A DNA stretch of 64,000 bases from Bugula neritina (Eukaryota > Animalia > Bryozoa). Shown piece after piece: positions 60,526 through 64,000 of this stretch. The position numbers were made by a program, and so were the translations under genes. The DNA is taken from the NCBI GenBank assembly GCA_964035545.1, contig OZ037769.1:11004633-11068632 (forward strand). Direction: 5' to 3'. Every line of letters begins with the position of its first letter. Position 1 is the stretch's first letter. The notes below the pieces were generated by a model that saw nothing but the letters and a program-made list of their open reading frames with translations, searched no databases and had not been told where the DNA came from.

Positions 60526-62565
60526 TGTGACGGCTGGTGTTGGTGTGGAAAACTAGCAACTGAAAAATACAGTTACTGTATGTCCAACACCACTTCTTTA
60601 CTGGCACCCACTGCATTATGAAGATTATATTTATAATTGTTAAGAGTTGTAGTGTTGATATTAAAACCTAATTTAATAAAAATTAGGCTTCCAATTCTCC
60701 AGCAGCAAAACATAGTTTTGGTTAAAATTTTGTCACTTCACAAACAGAGCAGTGAGTTTGGAGAAGCATTTCCCAGCTACTTACTGCAGCAGTTTTACAT
60801 AGGCACACCAGGTTAATGTGATTACACTCATTAAAAAATATACTTCACTCAATAGTACCTGTGAATAAAGCATTGTTCATGGGTGCTATTCAAAACAAAA
60901 TTATAATAAACATGGTTTACAGTCAAGTTTTCATGATGAAATCTATAATATTTAACAAAAATAAACTTTTGACTACAAAGTATAGTGTCAATGTAACATA
61001 ACATACTTTAACTATGCAAGCTACATCAAGTTTATTCTTAGGCTTAGTCTCCTATGTACTTTATCAAAAAGTATCAAAGGTACAGAGCTTCTTTATATAC
61101 TAATGGTAAGCATATAAATTTGTATATTCCTTGCTTCAGCTACTTTCTATTTTTTATGCTACTAAATTTTTGAAGTATCCTATGCTGACAAATCAAGGAA
61201 TCTTACTACCTGAACACCAATATATATGTGTTGGTCCAATTAATTCTGTTCACAACCCATATTAAAACTTTAATGCACCACTAAATAAAACATTTATTAA
61301 AAATAAAAACAAGAAACTGCTGAAAGAATCAACTGAGAAAATAACAATATGGTTCAACAAAACTTAAATTTTATACTAATAATTTCAATTTTAAAATTTA
61401 AACTTTGCAATTATGAAAAGAATAAGCTTGAAACTCAAAATTAAATGTACAGTAAGGTTAGTAAAATTTCTCGCTCATGGCATAAATTTATAATAAGATA
61501 ATTGACATACATAGTAACTAAGGCTGGGTGTGGTAGCAGTTGCCAGACTGCACTTCATAGGACACTTGTCCCATGCCCTCACCAAACAACCTGAAGGACA
61601 CCTGTCATATGCCCTCACTAAACTAGAGGACACCTGTCCCATGACCTCACCAAACAAACTGGGTATGAAACAAAGTTACAACTGGTAGCAGTAATATACA
61701 AGTTGGTTGGTAGAATAAATCATATTATTAGCAGTTAATTTGCACAGAAATAAGCAAAAATTAATTTAAAAAAAAACATAAAAATTGCTTAAAATGTAAG
61801 TAAAGAAATAACCCAAAAATACCAGCAGATATTAATCTTAATAAAACAATTTTCTGAAGCAGCATATATATAGACAACCAAAAAACAAGAAGTGAAACTA
61901 AAAGTATACTTATTAGTATTACATTTGAACTAGTAACAACTTCACAATAAATAGATATGAAAGTATTACCCCTGAGGAGAATGAAAGACAGTTGAGTATA
62001 TGAATCTAGAACTGGAGTCAACACTCAGAGTGTTGCAATATCACCAGAGTCTCTACATCACGATTAAGGCACTATATACACACACGCGGTACTGTTAAGG
62101 TACTAACACTGTTGAGTTACGGCTGCAAAGCTACATGTGAAAATAATACCAAAACATGTAGAAATTTTCCCAAGTACTGAGCAAACAGGATGTTAGAATT
62201 GTGTCCCCAAGAAAATTGATGTTACATATTTTAGTCTCATATCTACAGTTGATTCGTTAGCCTGACTTATCTGTAGAAAAGAGCATTATTTGATGACTAC
62301 TTTATCAGCTGCAAGCATGGATTTATAAAATAGGAAAAAAAATTGCTTGGGGTTGGAACTCTCAGCATGTGCTTACGAATCTTAGAATGCTGCCTACATG
62401 TGACTATGACAATGCTGATTCAATAAAAATACCTGATACTTAAATTAGAAGTTTCGTTTCGAATTTAAACAGAGTAAACCGTAAACAACTACAATTCCTT
62501 AATCTAAAGTCTAAATGAATAATAAAAATGTATATTAATGAGCTAGTTGAGTGTAAAATCTCATG

Positions 62566-63804
62566 TTAATACAAATGTTTCTTAGCTGGCATTTCCACAT
62601 ATCCCTTTGTTATAATACTTTTCCACAAAGCAAATAGGCTAGTGTCAGGTTTAGTTTGATTGACAATGTCCTTCAGGTCACTGTACGTCATGTCAGATGT
62701 GGGCAGCTTAAGGTACCTGCAACATAGGAGTGAAACAGACATGCCAGCTGTTATGTATACCTGATACTCAGACATGTCATATATCACGGGGAATCCCTCA
62801 CCTACTCATTGTCTTACGAACATTCCTAGCGTATAGCTGTGGATCCTTCTTTTCTTCTTCTGACGGGTGGTATACAGGGTGCCACTCCACGGTCATACTG
62901 GATATTGGTGTGCACAAGAGAAGAGACCAAATAGCCACCCTTTACAACAAGTATGGGTGGTTATTGCATCAGATAAGGTGACATTAGGACATAACAGCAC
63001 AATCATACAGAGAAATATTGCTTCAAGTACTGATTAGATTAACAAAAACAATCCAACTTCAACTAATTCGCACAATTTATAAAAATGCTAACTATACAAG
63101 GTAAAGCCTCTATGTCTAAGTTTCCAACATCTCTTCTCAACTGGTAAACACACAGTGAAAAACAGAAAGCAATCAAAATAGCATAGTATGATAGAGGAAT
63201 AAACCGCTTTCTAACAAGATATAGTAGTGGTGGTATAAGTAGCTGATCTGTTTGAACTGTATGTGAGATAATAAACTGAAGGTACAGAAACCCCTGAGAC
63301 AAGATTTTAGAAAACGACTCACAATCCTGGTCCAGTATCAATCCAGCTGGTTACATCTAATCTGTTATTGAAGGTTACAGACATGGGCTGTACAGACACT
63401 CCTGGAAGGAATGGTCCTAGAGGAGAAAGAGGTTACACATGTTTTGTAAGGGCAGAACAAAGCTTCTAGTAAATTCCACTCTCAGCAAACATGAAATGCC
63501 GATTTGACACACGGTTGATATGACTTGCCACATTTTATAAAGCTACTCCTTCGTATCAATAAGACAATCCATGTGTGAATAGTAGAGTGGTGACAGTAGT
63601 ATGCTAGATATATCTTATATACTCACGCACCGACTTTAAAGGGCAACAAGTAACGACCATTAGAACAAAAGCCTTCTGGGAAGATAATAATCTGCGGCCA
63701 TTCTCCGCCAGATTCGACTCGATCCTTGATTTGTTGAGCTGCTTTGCTCCGAGAGTTGGGATCCTTTCTCTCAACAAATATACACTGGCTTGCTCGAAAT
63801 ATGG
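62566..63804 (-). CDS. LPCAT-like acyltransferase paralog C, last four exons (5' part beyond the window)
   Basis: Exons 63631-63804, 63323-63416, 62802-62939, 62566-62716; WPQIIIFPEG, PVYHPSEEEKKDPQLYARNVR. Confidence 0.88.
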
Positions 63805-64000
63805 CTAACAAATAGACAACAATGTGTAATTAAATGCTTCACTATTGAAACACAGCACTGCTGCTTGTTTCATACAAATACACTTCATTTATGCATTATT
63901 AAGATATATTCATATATCTTGGCTATATCATCTACATACTGTTTGGGGGTAGTATGCTCAAACAACTTTGTTTTATATTAAACTTTGTGCACACGTGTCC

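Overview
AT-rich, intron-rich animal (probably invertebrate) genomic DNA. Host genes: the 3' end of phosphoserine phosphatase (+), a complete six-EF-hand calbindin-32/secretagogin-like gene (-), coatomer epsilon COPE (-), a small 3-exon HMG-box-like gene (-), and three tandem LPCAT-like acyltransferase paralogs (-; the third is cut off by the window end). Introns carry minisatellites, tRNA-derived SINEs and nested DNA transposons (pogo-like, hAT/Buster, Harbinger-type MITE). The main feature is an apparently intact 14,447-bp Polinton/Maverick (adintovirus-like) endogenous virus at 30270-44716, with a perfect 6-bp TSD (AATATC), inserted 23 nt into intron 2 of the first LPCAT paralog. It encodes pPolB, an adenain-like protease, major and minor capsid proteins, an A32-like ATPase, a Zn-ribbon/PLA2/integrase/chromodomain fusion, candidate protease-matured core proteins and a fibre-like repeat protein. 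Its most unusual traits: (i) each terminus is a 101-bp hairpin with an element end on both sides; (ii) 15 of 16 ORFs start with ATAAATG, and both head-to-head gene pairs are only 12 bp apart; (iii) three tandem orphan paralogs have variable loops and share an N-terminal peptide with the apparently headless fibre-like protein. Exon boundaries were read by eye and no database searches were run.
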